Part shown: piece by piece, positions 1 through 9,906 of the stretch
Layout: the number at the start of each line of letters is the position of its first letter
Position numbering within the stretch: position 1 is the stretch's first letter
NCBI GenBank assembly: GCA_031273295.1
Contig: JAISSD010000147.1
Coordinates: 1-58,662, forward strand
DNA length: 58,662 nt
Origin: Prevotella sp.
Lineage (GTDB): Bacteria > Bacteroidota > Bacteroidia > Bacteroidales > Dysgonomonadaceae
Direction: 5' to 3'
Translations under genes and position numbers: made by a program
Notes under the pieces: model-generated
Databases searched by the model: none
The model's input: only the letters and a program-made list of their open reading frames with translations
What the model was told of the DNA's origin: nothing

Positions 1-1
1 T

Positions 2-616
2 CGCTACTCGGAAGATATTGATTTAGTGCAAATAAATGCAGAACCGATTAAAGAAACCATTGACAGAATAAGAGATGTTTTGTCGTTTCTCGGCAAACCT
101 GTTGTCAAACAAAAAGCGCACAACAACACGCTGATATTCCGTTTCGAGTCGGAGATTCCGCCGATAATTCCCATTCGCTTAAAGGTGGAAATCAACAGCA
201 GGGAGCATTTTAATGTTCTGGGCTTGACAAAATTTGCTTTTAATCTTACAAATCAATGATTTTCAGGCAATTACAATATCACAACCTATCATTTGGACGA
301 ATTGCTGGGGACAAAATTGCGTGCATTATACCAACGCCGAAAAGGGCGCGACCTTTTTGACTTGTATAAAGCGTTATCAACCAAAGATGTCAATGCCGGC
401 AATATTATCCGGTGCTACCGCCAATACATGGATTTTGTGGTGGATAAACCTCCTACGCAAAAAGAGTTCCTATTGAATATGGAACAGGAAATGACCGATG
501 AAGAATTTTTAGGCGATACAAACATGCTGTTGCGACCGAATGAAATATACAATCCGCATGAAGCATACGAATGGGTTAAAAGCCGGTTAATAGAAAATCT
601 TAACAAACAGTCATGA
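2..616 (+). pseudogene. Nucleotidyltransferase AbiEii/AbiGii toxin family protein, 5' end outside window, in-frame TGA at 257-259
   Basis: Frame reads RYSEDIDLVQ...LKVEIN...NQ*FSGNYNITTYHLDELLGTKLRALYQRRKGRDLFDLY. ORFs 26..259 and 293..616 are in the same frame; SEDID and K..A...R.K.RD..D motifs of AbiEii. Confidence 0.8.
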
Positions 617-1161
617 AGAATGTTTCAAAAGTGGTGATTAACGATTATACCAAATCTTTTTTTCTGGTTGAACACCTTATTCGCGGCGGACGAAAGCGAA
701 TTGCACACTTACAAGCCCCTGATTATATCCTGAACTCCGGAGAACGTTACAGGGGGTATCGTAATTGTCTGGAAAAATTCCATATTCCATACGACGAAAA
801 TTTAGTTGTAAAAACCGGAATGACCATAGAAGACGGCAGGCAAGCCGCTGAAAAACTGTTGAAAAACCAAATCCCGTTTGATGCCCTGTTTGCCTTTACG
901 GAAACCCTGGCTATCGGGGCGATGAACTACTTGCGCGAACAATCTGTCAAAATCCCCGAAGAAGTTGCCGTAGCCGGATTTTCGGGGACAGTTCTTTCCA
1001 CGATTGTATATCCGCAACTGACGACTGTAGAGCAGCCCTTCGAAAAAATGGGACAGACCGCCGCCGAGTTGATTCTCGAAAAAATCAAGCATCCCGAAGC
1101 GCCTAACCGAACGGTAGCGCTGGATGCGGAAATGAGGTTGCGGGCATCGACGGAAGAGTAA
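613..1161 (+). pseudogene. LacI-family regulator, C-terminal sensor domain only (no HTH)
   Basis: HLIRGGRKRIAHL, ERYRGY, DALFAFTETLAIGAM, VKIPEEVAVAGFS, LTTVEQP, LRAST; 182 aa versus ~340 aa for a full LacI. Confidence 0.75.
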
Positions 1162-1357
1162 AATCTTAACCACGTGCCGACCTCCCGCTTGGGAGCATTT
1201 TGCGAGAACGCTCTGTCAGCATGTTTTCGTTGATAAATACGGCGTTCAGGTTTTCCATGTTCGAGAGGCAAATCGGCAAGCGACTGGATAGACAACCAAA
1301 GAGTATAAAAAGAGGTAGTCGGCAGAAATACTCACCGGATGTTCGTTTGTTTTCATT

Positions 1358-1600
1358 TTACTTATTCATAAAATAAGATTTCAATATTCGCCAATTATAA
1401 ACAATATGAAAAATACCCGCTATCGTAAATACGGTTCCGCAAATTACATGGATTGCCGTCCATACATGATGGGCAAGTGAGAAACGATGATGAATTTCAA
1501 TGATTTGTATCATCACCGCAGACAGGATTAACAGGGCGAAGAGGAGGAACAATGCGATGGATACGATTGCCCGTTTGTTAGCCTTTTTTGATTTCTTCAT
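1358..1600 (-). CDS. Small two-TM membrane protein, DUF4405-like (His-containing)
   Basis: Two hydrophobic segments, WTAIHVICG and HIVYNWR motifs; directly downstream of the ferredoxin. Confidence 0.6.
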   Translation of the reverse strand: MKKSKKANKRAIVSIALFLLFALLILSAVMIQIIEIHHRFSLAHHVWTAIHVICGTVFTIAGIFHIVYNWRILKSYFMNK

Positions 1601-1841
1601 ACGCTTTTTTAAATGGTTTGATGGATATGATTGCGTTGTGCGGACAGGTTTTAAGGCAGGTCATGCAGCCCGTGCATTTATCCGGATGCGCTATTTTGGC
1701 ATGTTTATGCCACAGGAAATTTACTTTGCCAATGACTTTTGACGGACATGCGTCAATGCATTTCCAGCATGTCTTGCATTGACGCCCGTTAATGAGGACA
1801 GCGGGCAGTTTGTCGATGTTTTTTAGCAATTTGCGTACCAT
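1578..1841 (-). CDS. 2x[4Fe-4S] ferredoxin-like protein
   Basis: CKTCWKCIDACP and CTGCMTCLKTCP motifs; ATG at 1841 chosen. Confidence 0.85.
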   Translation of the reverse strand: MVRKLLKNIDKLPAVLINGRQCKTCWKCIDACPSKVIGKVNFLWHKHAKIAHPDKCTGCMTCLKTCPHNAIISIKPFKKAYEEIKKG

Positions 1842-1924
1842 GTTTATCTTGCATTTTAAAATGATGCTGCAAAGGTACGCTGCCGGCAAATACGGGAAAT
1901 GGACGAAAGCGGGTAAGGCCTGGA

Positions 1925-2773
1925 CTATTTGCGGTAATTTGCGCGAAACTGAGTGGGAGACACACCCGATGCTTTCGCAAACAGCCGTGTGAAATAGGCA
2001 TTATCGTTGTATCCCAGTTCAAAGGCGACTTCGCTGATGCTTTTTTCGGTGTAAAACAGCAGGCGCTTGGCTTCGAGCGTAACCGCATACTGTATCCAAT
2101 AACTGACCGGAAAACCGGTAATGTTTTTTACGGCTTCATTCAGGTAGGAGGGCGAAAGATGGAGCATGGAGGCGTATTGTGCCGGACTTTTTACGGTTTT
2201 CAGATGCCTGGCAAGCAGGGATTTGAATTGAATAACAATCGTTGCCTGTCTTTTATTGGAGGCGACAGGTAGCCGTTGCCGGTACAATTGGGCAATCATA
2301 CCGATTAATAACGTTGCTGCGTCTTGTGCCAGAAGATGGTCTGCCGACTGTATTTTTCTGTTCAACAGCGAAAATCCGAATTTCAAATCGTTCAATGTTT
2401 CCGTGTCGGGAACAAGGGTATTCCCCGCAACCGGCGCCATTTCGAGTAGCTCCTTCCATTCGTCTTTTACAAAAAGGGAGTCAATACCCAAAAGCCAGCC
2501 CGACACATTGTCCATCGTCACGCCTAAATGAACCTGTCCCGGAAGAACGCAAACCAGTCCGGTCCCCGTTATTTTATATTCTTTGAAATCAATCAAGTAA
2601 CAGTTTTCTCCTTTTTCCTGCAAATAAAAGAGGTAATGATTGTCGCGATGTGCGTATTCGATCACAGGCGTAGGATTGCCGTTTTGTGTAGCCTTCCCGT
2701 CCTGATAACGTTTCAGGAAAATCCCTGTCGTGATTTTTTCCTGTATTTTATGTGTCGGTATTTGTTCTTTCAT
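1925..2773 (-). CDS. AraC-family transcriptional regulator
   Basis: N-terminal HRDNHY cupin-like region; C-terminal EAKRLLFYTEKSISEVAFELGYNDNAYFTRLF...GVSPTQFR. Confidence 0.92.
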   Translation of the reverse strand: MKEQIPTHKIQEKITTGIFLKRYQDGKATQNGNPTPVIEYAHRDNHYLFYLQEKGENCYLIDFKEYKITGTGLVCVLPGQVHLGVTMDNVSGWLLGIDSLFVKDEWKELLEMAPVAGNTLVPDTETLNDLKFGFSLLNRKIQSADHLLAQDAATLLIGMIAQLYRQRLPVASNKRQATIVIQFKSLLARHLKTVKSPAQYASMLHLSPSYLNEAVKNITGFPVSYWIQYAVTLEAKRLLFYTEKSISEVAFELGYNDNAYFTRLFAKASGVSPTQFRANYRK

Positions 2774-2879
2774 ATCCCAAAAATTGTGCTGCAAAGTTAG
2801 GTAATAATTTGAAATAAATTTCTTTTGAGATACAGGGGTTTTTATAATACTTGTTTAAATACAAAGGTCACTAATGCTT

Positions 2880-2924
2880 TTCTTTGTGTTCTTTGTGACG
2901 CGCTTTGTGTCCTTTGTGTTTAAA
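2880..2924 (-). repeat. ACACAAAG-family repeat, inverted relative to the 3377-3770 array
   Basis: TCTTTGTGTTCTTTGTGACGCGCTTTGTGTCCTTTGTGTTTAAA. Confidence 0.85.
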
Positions 2925-2950
2925 ATTTGGTTTGTTTGTGTTTAAGATAA

Positions 2951-3331
2951 TCACAAATAACCGTTTATTACCCTTTTTATCCCGTCTTTAAATAAGACCG
3001 TATTGAAGTTGATTAATAATCCCAATTTGCAATCGGATAGTCGGAGATAGGTTAATATTTGTGCCATGTGGAGGTCATTTAATGCTTCAACCGATTTGAT
3101 TTCAAGGATTAGCATCTTCTCGACCATTAAATCTATTCGGTATCCGATTTCCAACTTCACCTCTTCGTATATTAACGGCAAAGGCTTTTGTTTTTCTACA
3201 AACAGGTTTTGCTTGCGAAGTTCATAACACAGACATTCTTCATAAACATTTTCTAATAAGCCCGGGCCAAGTTCCTTATGCAATTTAAATCCTGCTTCAA
3301 ATACGATTTTGGACAGTTCGTTTTCAGTCAT
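2951..3331 (-). CDS. GxxExxY protein (PD-(D/E)XK nuclease-like family)
   Basis: LGPGLLENVYEECL, YRIDLMVE, ILEIKSVE, HMAQILTYL, GLLINFN. Confidence 0.93.
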   Translation of the reverse strand: MTENELSKIVFEAGFKLHKELGPGLLENVYEECLCYELRKQNLFVEKQKPLPLIYEEVKLEIGYRIDLMVEKMLILEIKSVEALNDLHMAQILTYLRLSDCKLGLLINFNTVLFKDGIKRVINGYL

Positions 3332-3376
3332 AATGATCACATTTCAGAAATAAAATAAGCGGTAAAGATAGAATAA

Positions 3377-3770
3377 TTTTAAACACAGAGGACACAACTC
3401 TATTTTTTTAAACACAAAGGACACAAAGGTTTTCACAAAGTACACAAAGGTTTTCACAAAGAATTTTTCACAGAGAACACGACTCTATTTTTTTTAAACA
3501 CAAAGGACACAAAGGTTTTCACAAAGGACACAAAGGTTTTCACAAAGTACACAAAGAATTTTTCACAGAGGACACGACTCTATTTTTTTTAAACACAAAG
3601 GACACAAAGGTTTTCACAAAGTACACAAAGAATTTTTCACAGAGGATACAACTCTATTTTTTTTAAACACAAAGGACACAAAGGTTTTCATAAAGTTCAC
3701 AAAGAATTTTTCACAAAGGACACAACTCTATTTTTTTTAAACACAAAGAACACAAAGTGTTTCACAGAGG
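3377..3770 (+). repeat. Tandem array, about 5 units of ~75-95 bp built from ACACAAAG submotifs
   Basis: ACTCTATTTTTTTTAAACACAAAG recurs near 3396, 3482, 3576, 3651, 3725. Confidence 0.92.
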
Positions 3771-3965
3771 TCGCCAGGGTTTTTCTTTGTGGAATACTTT
3801 AAAACGCTGTCCCTGGGGACTTTCGCACATTCTGCATCCCTTCAAATGTCAGTTCGACCAGTCAAAAGCGCCCGGTTACTGCATAATGTCATTTCTTTAG
3901 CGTAATTTATTGTATGTAGTTATTTGAAAATATACCTTTGTTCCCTTAAAATTAATTTACAGATC

Positions 3966-5528
3966 ATGCAAAAAGATATAGACATGCGCATTACGCCGCA
4001 ACAGGCGTCGGATATGGAGAAAATACGGGGCATTTTTTCTTCCCTGTCCGGTATTCCCCTTAAAGAAATAAACTCTGTACGCATCCTCCGCCGTTCTATT
4101 GATGCGCGGCAACGAAATATCTTTGTTAATCTCAGGGTTAGGGGATATGTAAATGAAGAGCAGGATGAGCCGGCTTTTGCAAGCGTTTGTTACCCCGATG
4201 TAAAAGATTGCCCGCAGGCTATTGTTGTAGGAGCAGGCCCTGCGGGATTATTCGCGGCCTTGCGGTTGATAGAACTCGGTGTTCGGCCTGTAGTGATCGA
4301 ACGGGGGAAAAACGTGCGGGATCGTAAACGCGATACAGCCTTGATGAACCGGGAACATATTGTAAATCCCGAATCGAATTACTGTTTTGGCGAAGGCGGG
4401 GCGGGAGCCTACTCGGACGGCAAGCTGTATACCCGAAGTAAAAAACGGGGCAATGTGGAGAAAATATTAAATGTCTTTTGCCGGCACGGAGCGGACCCTT
4501 CCATCCTTGTGGATGCACACCCGCATATAGGAACGGACAGGCTTCCCGGTATTATAGAAAAAATGCGTCTCCGGATTATGCAGTCCGGAGGGGAAGTGCA
4601 TTTCGAAACCCGTATGGACAAGCTGATAATCGAAAACGGGGTTGTAAAAGGTATAGAAACGAACAGGGGAGAAACGTTTTCAGGACAGGTTATCCTTGCT
4701 ACAGGCCATTCGGCGCGCGATGTGTATTATATGTTGCATAAACAGAAGATCAGGATGGAAGCCAAAGGATTGGCCGTTGGATTTCGTGTAGAGCATCCGT
4801 CCCGTTTGATAGACCGGATACAATATCATTGCAAAGAGGGACGGGGTGAATTTTTGCCTGCGGCGGAGTACAGTTTTGCGGTCCAGGCCGGAGGGCGGGG
4901 AGTATATTCTTTCTGCATGTGTCCGGGCGGAACCGTTGTGCCGTCAGCAAGCGGTCCCAGACAGGTGGTTGTTAATGGCATGTCATCGTCCAATCGCGGT
5001 TCCCGCTGGTCTAATTCGGGAATTGTAGTTGAAATTCGTCCCGAAGATTTTCCTGAATATGCTAAATATCGTGAATTGTCTTTGTTGAAATTTGTAGAAG
5101 ATCTGGAAGAGCTGGCATGGTTGCATGGCGGAAAAACCCAGGTTGCTCCGGCCCAGTGCCTGTGTGACTTTGTGAACGGGAAAACAAGCAGTTCATTGCC
5201 GGAAACGTCTTATGTTCCGGGAATCGTATCATCTCCCATGCACGAATGGGCGCCCGGGTTTGTTTCCTCCCGCTTGCAAGAAGCATTCAAGAAAATAGGC
5301 GACAGCTATAAAGGTTATCTTGCCAACGAAGCGCTACTGTTGGGTGTGGAGAGCCGTACATCCTCGCCTGTCCGTATTTTGCGCGATGGGGAAACAATGC
5401 AGCATGTAGAGATGGAAGGACTTTATCCATGCGGAGAGGGGGCAGGCTATGCAGGCGGCATTGTGTCTGCCGCTATGGACGGGGAACGTTGTGCGGAAGC
5501 GCTGGCTGTGAAGATGAAAAAAAAATAA
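3966..5528 (+). CDS. NAD(P)/FAD-dependent oxidoreductase (HI0933/YhiN-like)
   Basis: VVGAGPAGLFAA, GEGGAGAYSDGKL, HPHIGTD, LYPCGEGAGYAGGIVSAA. Confidence 0.9.
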   Translation: MQKDIDMRITPQQASDMEKIRGIFSSLSGIPLKEINSVRILRRSIDARQRNIFVNLRVRGYVNEEQDEPAFASVCYPDVKDCPQAIVVGAGPAGLFAALRLIELGVRPVVIERGKNVRDRKRDTALMNREHIVNPESNYCFGEGGAGAYSDGKLYTRSKKRGNVEKILNVFCRHGADPSILVDAHPHIGTDRLPGIIEKMRLRIMQSGGEVHFETRMDKLIIENGVVKGIETNRGETFSGQVILATGHSARDVYYMLHKQKIRMEAKGLAVGFRVEHPSRLIDRIQYHCKEGRGEFLPAAEYSFAVQAGGRGVYSFCMCPGGTVVPSASGPRQVVVNGMSSSNRGSRWSNSGIVVEIRPEDFPEYAKYRELSLLKFVEDLEELAWLHGGKTQVAPAQCLCDFVNGKTSSSLPETSYVPGIVSSPMHEWAPGFVSSRLQEAFKKIGDSYKGYLANEALLLGVESRTSSPVRILRDGETMQHVEMEGLYPCGEGAGYAGGIVSAAMDGERCAEALAVKMKKK

Positions 5529-5791
5529 TACCCGGAAAATCCGGTGGCGCTATCAAATTGTCACTGTATCCTGTCATTTTGAAGATTCTTTTGATTTTTT
5601 CGCTAAATCTTATATCTTTTGCAGGATGGAGGGTTGTAGCAAATAGACAAATGCTATATTTTTAACATAAATTTACAATTATATTATTTTAACGCCTTAA
5701 ATATTATTTTTTTATAAAATAAGACATACATTTGAGAAGTATTTTGTAAAATTTGTTGCAGGCTGTTATTTTATTATTTATTATTTTGTTA

Positions 5792-6616
5792 ATGAACTCA
5801 TTAGATTTGCGCGGGTATTTTAAACAATTGTTTGTATGGTTGTTTATTATAGTTTTAAATTCATGTAACGGATATAAGCAGCTGGCGTATCTGAAAAACG
5901 CCGGAGATATTACGCCGGAAATATTGTCCGCTACGGCGGTACACGAGCCTGAAATCATGCCCAACGATATAATAAGCATTACCGTTAATTCCAATATTCC
6001 CGGAGCGGTAGCCGGTTTTAACCTGCCGCTGGTTCCCAATAGTCTGAATAATCCGATACAAACTACAGCGTCGTCATCGTCGTCGTCGGGCAGTTTGCAA
6101 AATTACCTGGTAAATAAAGACGGGAAAATAAACTTTCCAATATTGGGGGAACTGAAGCTGGGCGGAATGACGGTCAAAGAAGCCCAGGATCATATTGTTT
6201 CGCTTGTCTGTCCGCGTTACATTACGGAGAGGCCGGTGGTAAATATCCGGTTTTTAAATTTCGAGGTCTCAGTGTTGGGCGAAGTGGCCAAACCGGGCGT
6301 TTACGGTTCTGCAAACGGGCAAATGACTGTATTGGACGCTCTTGCCGCCGCCGGGGATATGACGGTTTATGGTAAAAGAAACAATGTGTTGCTGGTAAGG
6401 ATCCTTGAAAATGGAGAGATAGCCATGCACAGGATCGATATGCAAGATAAAAACCTGGCGCTGAACAAGGATCTGTTTTATCTGCGGCAAAACGACAAGC
6501 TGTATGTGGAAACGAACAAGGCGAAAGGAAACAACTCCCGCTTTGGAACTTTCGAATCGATCAGTTTATCCGCACTGTCAATTGTAATATCGATAATAGC
6601 CATCATAACCCGTTAA
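5792..6616 (+). CDS. wza: Polysaccharide export outer-membrane lipoprotein
   Basis: Lipobox LNSC; YLVNKDGKINFPILG; VSVLGEVAKPG SLBB domain; first gene of the locus. Confidence 0.88.
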   Translation: MNSLDLRGYFKQLFVWLFIIVLNSCNGYKQLAYLKNAGDITPEILSATAVHEPEIMPNDIISITVNSNIPGAVAGFNLPLVPNSLNNPIQTTASSSSSSGSLQNYLVNKDGKINFPILGELKLGGMTVKEAQDHIVSLVCPRYITERPVVNIRFLNFEVSVLGEVAKPGVYGSANGQMTVLDALAAAGDMTVYGKRNNVLLVRILENGEIAMHRIDMQDKNLALNKDLFYLRQNDKLYVETNKAKGNNSRFGTFESISLSALSIVISIIAIITR

Positions 6617-6617
6617 A

Positions 6618-8939
6618 ATGGAAAAAGCAAGCAGTTGGAAAAAAACGGATGAAACAGCGTCCATAACCGATATTATATTGGATTATTCGCGTTACTGGAA
6701 ATGGTTTATCCTGTCTGTCGCCGTATGGCTTATTGCCGGAGCAGTAATTATTCTGGTCACGCAAAAGCAATATAAATCATCCCTGTTGGTTTTATTGAAT
6801 GAAGACAAGAGTTCTAAAAGCAATGCCGCCGAGTTTGACTTGGAAGCGTTGGGCTTGCTGTCGACTACAAACAATATAGAAAACGAGGTCGCCATACTGT
6901 CTTCTCCTGACTTGATGCGCTCTGTTGCAGATACATTGAATCTGCAAACCTCCTGTTATATAATCCAAAGGTTTAGAAAGACAGAGTTATATGACCAGTC
7001 CCCGTTTTATGTTACTGTCGAATCGTCCGACAGGGAAAAAACGGGCAATATCCGGTTTTACATACAAAAAAACGGGACTGAATATGAAATATCCGGTTTG
7101 TACGGAGATATAAATATAAATGAAAAAATACAGGCTTTACCTGCCGTGATTAAACCGGACGACAATACGGCTATAAGTATAAAACCGGTCGGGAAGGAAA
7201 TAGTTGAAGGAGAGAAATACCATGTCTCGGTAAACGATATATCCACGACCGTTTCGTCCCTGATAGCAGGATTATCCATATCGCCAACCAGTAAATCGTC
7301 TTCGGCGCTTAATATCAGTATTATATGCAATAATACGGGAAAAGGCGCCGCGGCGTTGCGCGAACTGGTGAAGCAGTACAACGAAATGAATGTCAATATT
7401 AAAAACGAAATAGCCAACAATACATCGGTTTTCATTAAGGAAAGGCTTAAACAGATATCCGCTGAACTTGCCGACGCGGAGGACAATGTAGTAGACTTTA
7501 AACAGCAGAATCAAATAACGGATTTAAGTACCGAAGCTCAACTGTTTGTGCAACAGACGGGCCAGAACGAACAGAAACTGGTGGAGGTGGAAACGCAACT
7601 GAATGTGATTTCGTTGATCGAAGGCTATGTAAATGATCCGGCAAACAAATATGCGGTCATACCCAATATCGGGATATCCGACGCAGGACTGGCGCAAATG
7701 ATCAACGAATACAATAACAAGTTGCTTAACTCTGAAGTACAGTTGAGAGGCATGGGCGAAGAAAATCCGGCCCGTACGGGACTGATGGAGGACGTCAACA
7801 ACATGCGCGGCAGTATACTGGGATCATTGAAAAACGTAAAACGGGCATACAATATCACAAAACAGGATCTCTTAAAACAATTTTCTTCCACAAAATCCAG
7901 AATTCTGTCTGTTCCTCAACAGGAAAGAGGCTTAATCGAAAAAGTTCGCGAACAACGGATCAAGGAAAACCTGGTTTTATTCCTGATGCAAAAAAGAGAA
8001 GAAACAAACCTGTCTATTGCTTCTACGGCAAAAAAGGCGCGGATCATTGTTTCTCCACAGGAGAATATTCCACCGATAGCTCCAAAATCGAATATAATTA
8101 TCCTGTCCGTTTTGATTCTCGGATTTCTGTGTCCTGTGGTTGTTATATACATTATAAACCTGTTTAGAGTGCATATCAGAAGCAGAAACGAACTGGAAAT
8201 GTTATCGGACGTCGGCATTATCGGGCAAATAGGACGAAATGAAGTTAAGGGACAGCAGGTTGTAGTTCAATATGGACGGAATTCGGGAATAGCCGAGATG
8301 TTCCGTTCATTGAGGAATAACCTCAATTTCGTATTAAAGCACAAGGAAAACCGGATAGTACTTGTGACTTCCACCGTTATGGGAGAAGGGAAAACTTTTA
8401 TAAGCGTAAACCTGGCAATAAGCTTTGCCCTGTCGGGGAAGAAGGTTCTTTTACTGGGTGGCGATATCAGGAATCCCAAGTTGAAAGATTATGTGAACCT
8501 GTCAGGGAAAAGAGGACTGAGCGACTATTTGGCAAACGATGATCCATGGAGAAATTACATAAATAAATCCGGATTAAACGATAATATCGAGGTAATGGTG
8601 GCGGGTACTATTCCTCCCAATCCGAACGAACTGTTGCTGAGTCCGCGTTTAAAAGACTTTCTGGCGGAAGCGAAAGAAGAATATGACTTTATAATAATCG
8701 ATACTGCGCCTGTGGGTTTGGTGTCGGACACATACCTGATAGACGAGTTTGTCGACTCCACCCTGTATATTGTCAGGGAAAATGTTACGCCAAAAGCGGC
8801 GGTCAATTTCATGAATGCGCAGAAAGCGGAAGGGAAACTGACAAACATGTATCTGGTTTTGAACGATTCGTATCTGGACAGTAATTATAACTATAAATAT
8901 GGATATGGAAAGGCCTATGGGTATGGATCATTTAAATAA
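6618..8939 (+). CDS. wzc: Polysaccharide co-polymerase / tyrosine autokinase
   Basis: Two TM segments, Walker A VTSTVMGEGKT, DIRNP, IIIDTAP, Tyr-rich tail YNYKYGYGKAYGYG. Confidence 0.93.
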   Translation: MEKASSWKKTDETASITDIILDYSRYWKWFILSVAVWLIAGAVIILVTQKQYKSSLLVLLNEDKSSKSNAAEFDLEALGLLSTTNNIENEVAILSSPDLMRSVADTLNLQTSCYIIQRFRKTELYDQSPFYVTVESSDREKTGNIRFYIQKNGTEYEISGLYGDININEKIQALPAVIKPDDNTAISIKPVGKEIVEGEKYHVSVNDISTTVSSLIAGLSISPTSKSSSALNISIICNNTGKGAAALRELVKQYNEMNVNIKNEIANNTSVFIKERLKQISAELADAEDNVVDFKQQNQITDLSTEAQLFVQQTGQNEQKLVEVETQLNVISLIEGYVNDPANKYAVIPNIGISDAGLAQMINEYNNKLLNSEVQLRGMGEENPARTGLMEDVNNMRGSILGSLKNVKRAYNITKQDLLKQFSSTKSRILSVPQQERGLIEKVREQRIKENLVLFLMQKREETNLSIASTAKKARIIVSPQENIPPIAPKSNIIILSVLILGFLCPVVVIYIINLFRVHIRSRNELEMLSDVGIIGQIGRNEVKGQQVVVQYGRNSGIAEMFRSLRNNLNFVLKHKENRIVLVTSTVMGEGKTFISVNLAISFALSGKKVLLLGGDIRNPKLKDYVNLSGKRGLSDYLANDDPWRNYINKSGLNDNIEVMVAGTIPPNPNELLLSPRLKDFLAEAKEEYDFIIIDTAPVGLVSDTYLIDEFVDSTLYIVRENVTPKAAVNFMNAQKAEGKLTNMYLVLNDSYLDSNYNYKYGYGKAYGYGSFK

Positions 8940-9906
8940 TTCAAAGATATTAGTTAGCGGCGGCGCCGGTTTTATTGGATCTAACCTTTGTGAAGAGTTA
9001 CTTCAACACAATAATGAAGTTATATGTTTGGATAATTTTTCGACGGGTAAGTCAGAGAATATAATACCTTTTCTCGGCAATAAAAATTTCCGGTTAATTG
9101 TAGGGGATATTCGTGATTTGGATACTTGCAAAAAAGCGGTGGAAGATGTGGATTATGTGCTGCACGAAGCTGCTTTAGGTTCTGTTCCGCGTTCGATAAA
9201 AGATCCGATAAGCGTTAATGATGTAAATGTTTCGGGATTCTTGAATATGCTTGTCGCGTCGAAAGAAGCCGGTGTGAAGCGTTTTATTTATGCTGCCAGT
9301 TCATCTGCTTATGGCGATTCCGCATCCTTGCCTAAAGTAGAAGATGTGATTGGAAAGCCTCTTTCACCCTATGCAATTACAAAATATGTAAATGAGCTTT
9401 ATGCGGACGTCTTTTCACGTATATATGGTATTGATTGTATAGGGCTAAGATATTTTAATGTGTTTGGTCGAAGGCAAGATCCCAATGGTGCATACGCCGC
9501 GGTCATTCCCTTGTTTGTAAAGAAACTTATAAATCATGAATCCCCTGTAATTAATGGAGATGGCGAGAATTCAAGAGATTTTACATACATCAAAAATGTG
9601 GTTCAAATGAACCTGTTGGCTCTTGTCACGACAAATAAGGCCGCTTTAAATACAGTATATAACACTGCTTTTGGAGAACGAACGACATTAAATCAACTTG
9701 TAAAATACCTGAAAGAATATTTAAGCGAATATGATCCCGGTATTGCTAATATTGAAGTTGTATATGGCCCTGACAGACCCGGGGATATACCTCACTCTTT
9801 GGCTAGCATGGAAAAGGCGGAATCCTTGTTGGATTACAGTCCTCGGTATGCTATGAGAGAGGGTTTAAAAGAAGCTGTAAACTGGTATTGGAATAATCTG
9901 AAGTAA
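8923..9906 (+). CDS. UDP-GlcNAc(A) 4-epimerase, WbpP/TviC-like SDR
   Basis: GGAGFIGSNL, HEAALGSVPRSI, SPYAITK, LRYFNVFG, YAAVIP. Confidence 0.88.
   Translation: MDHLNNSKILVSGGAGFIGSNLCEELLQHNNEVICLDNFSTGKSENIIPFLGNKNFRLIVGDIRDLDTCKKAVEDVDYVLHEAALGSVPRSIKDPISVNDVNVSGFLNMLVASKEAGVKRFIYAASSSAYGDSASLPKVEDVIGKPLSPYAITKYVNELYADVFSRIYGIDCIGLRYFNVFGRRQDPNGAYAAVIPLFVKKLINHESPVINGDGENSRDFTYIKNVVQMNLLALVTTNKAALNTVYNTAFGERTTLNQLVKYLKEYLSEYDPGIANIEVVYGPDRPGDIPHSLASMEKAESLLDYSPRYAMREGLKEAVNWYWNNLK

Noticed and set aside
3377-3770. CRISPR array
   Set aside because: Units are near-identical throughout with no unique spacers, and there are no cas genes.
5530-5790. Invertible promoter or ops element for the polysaccharide locus
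   Set aside because: No convincing inverted repeat pair, recombinase or UpxY gene seen.
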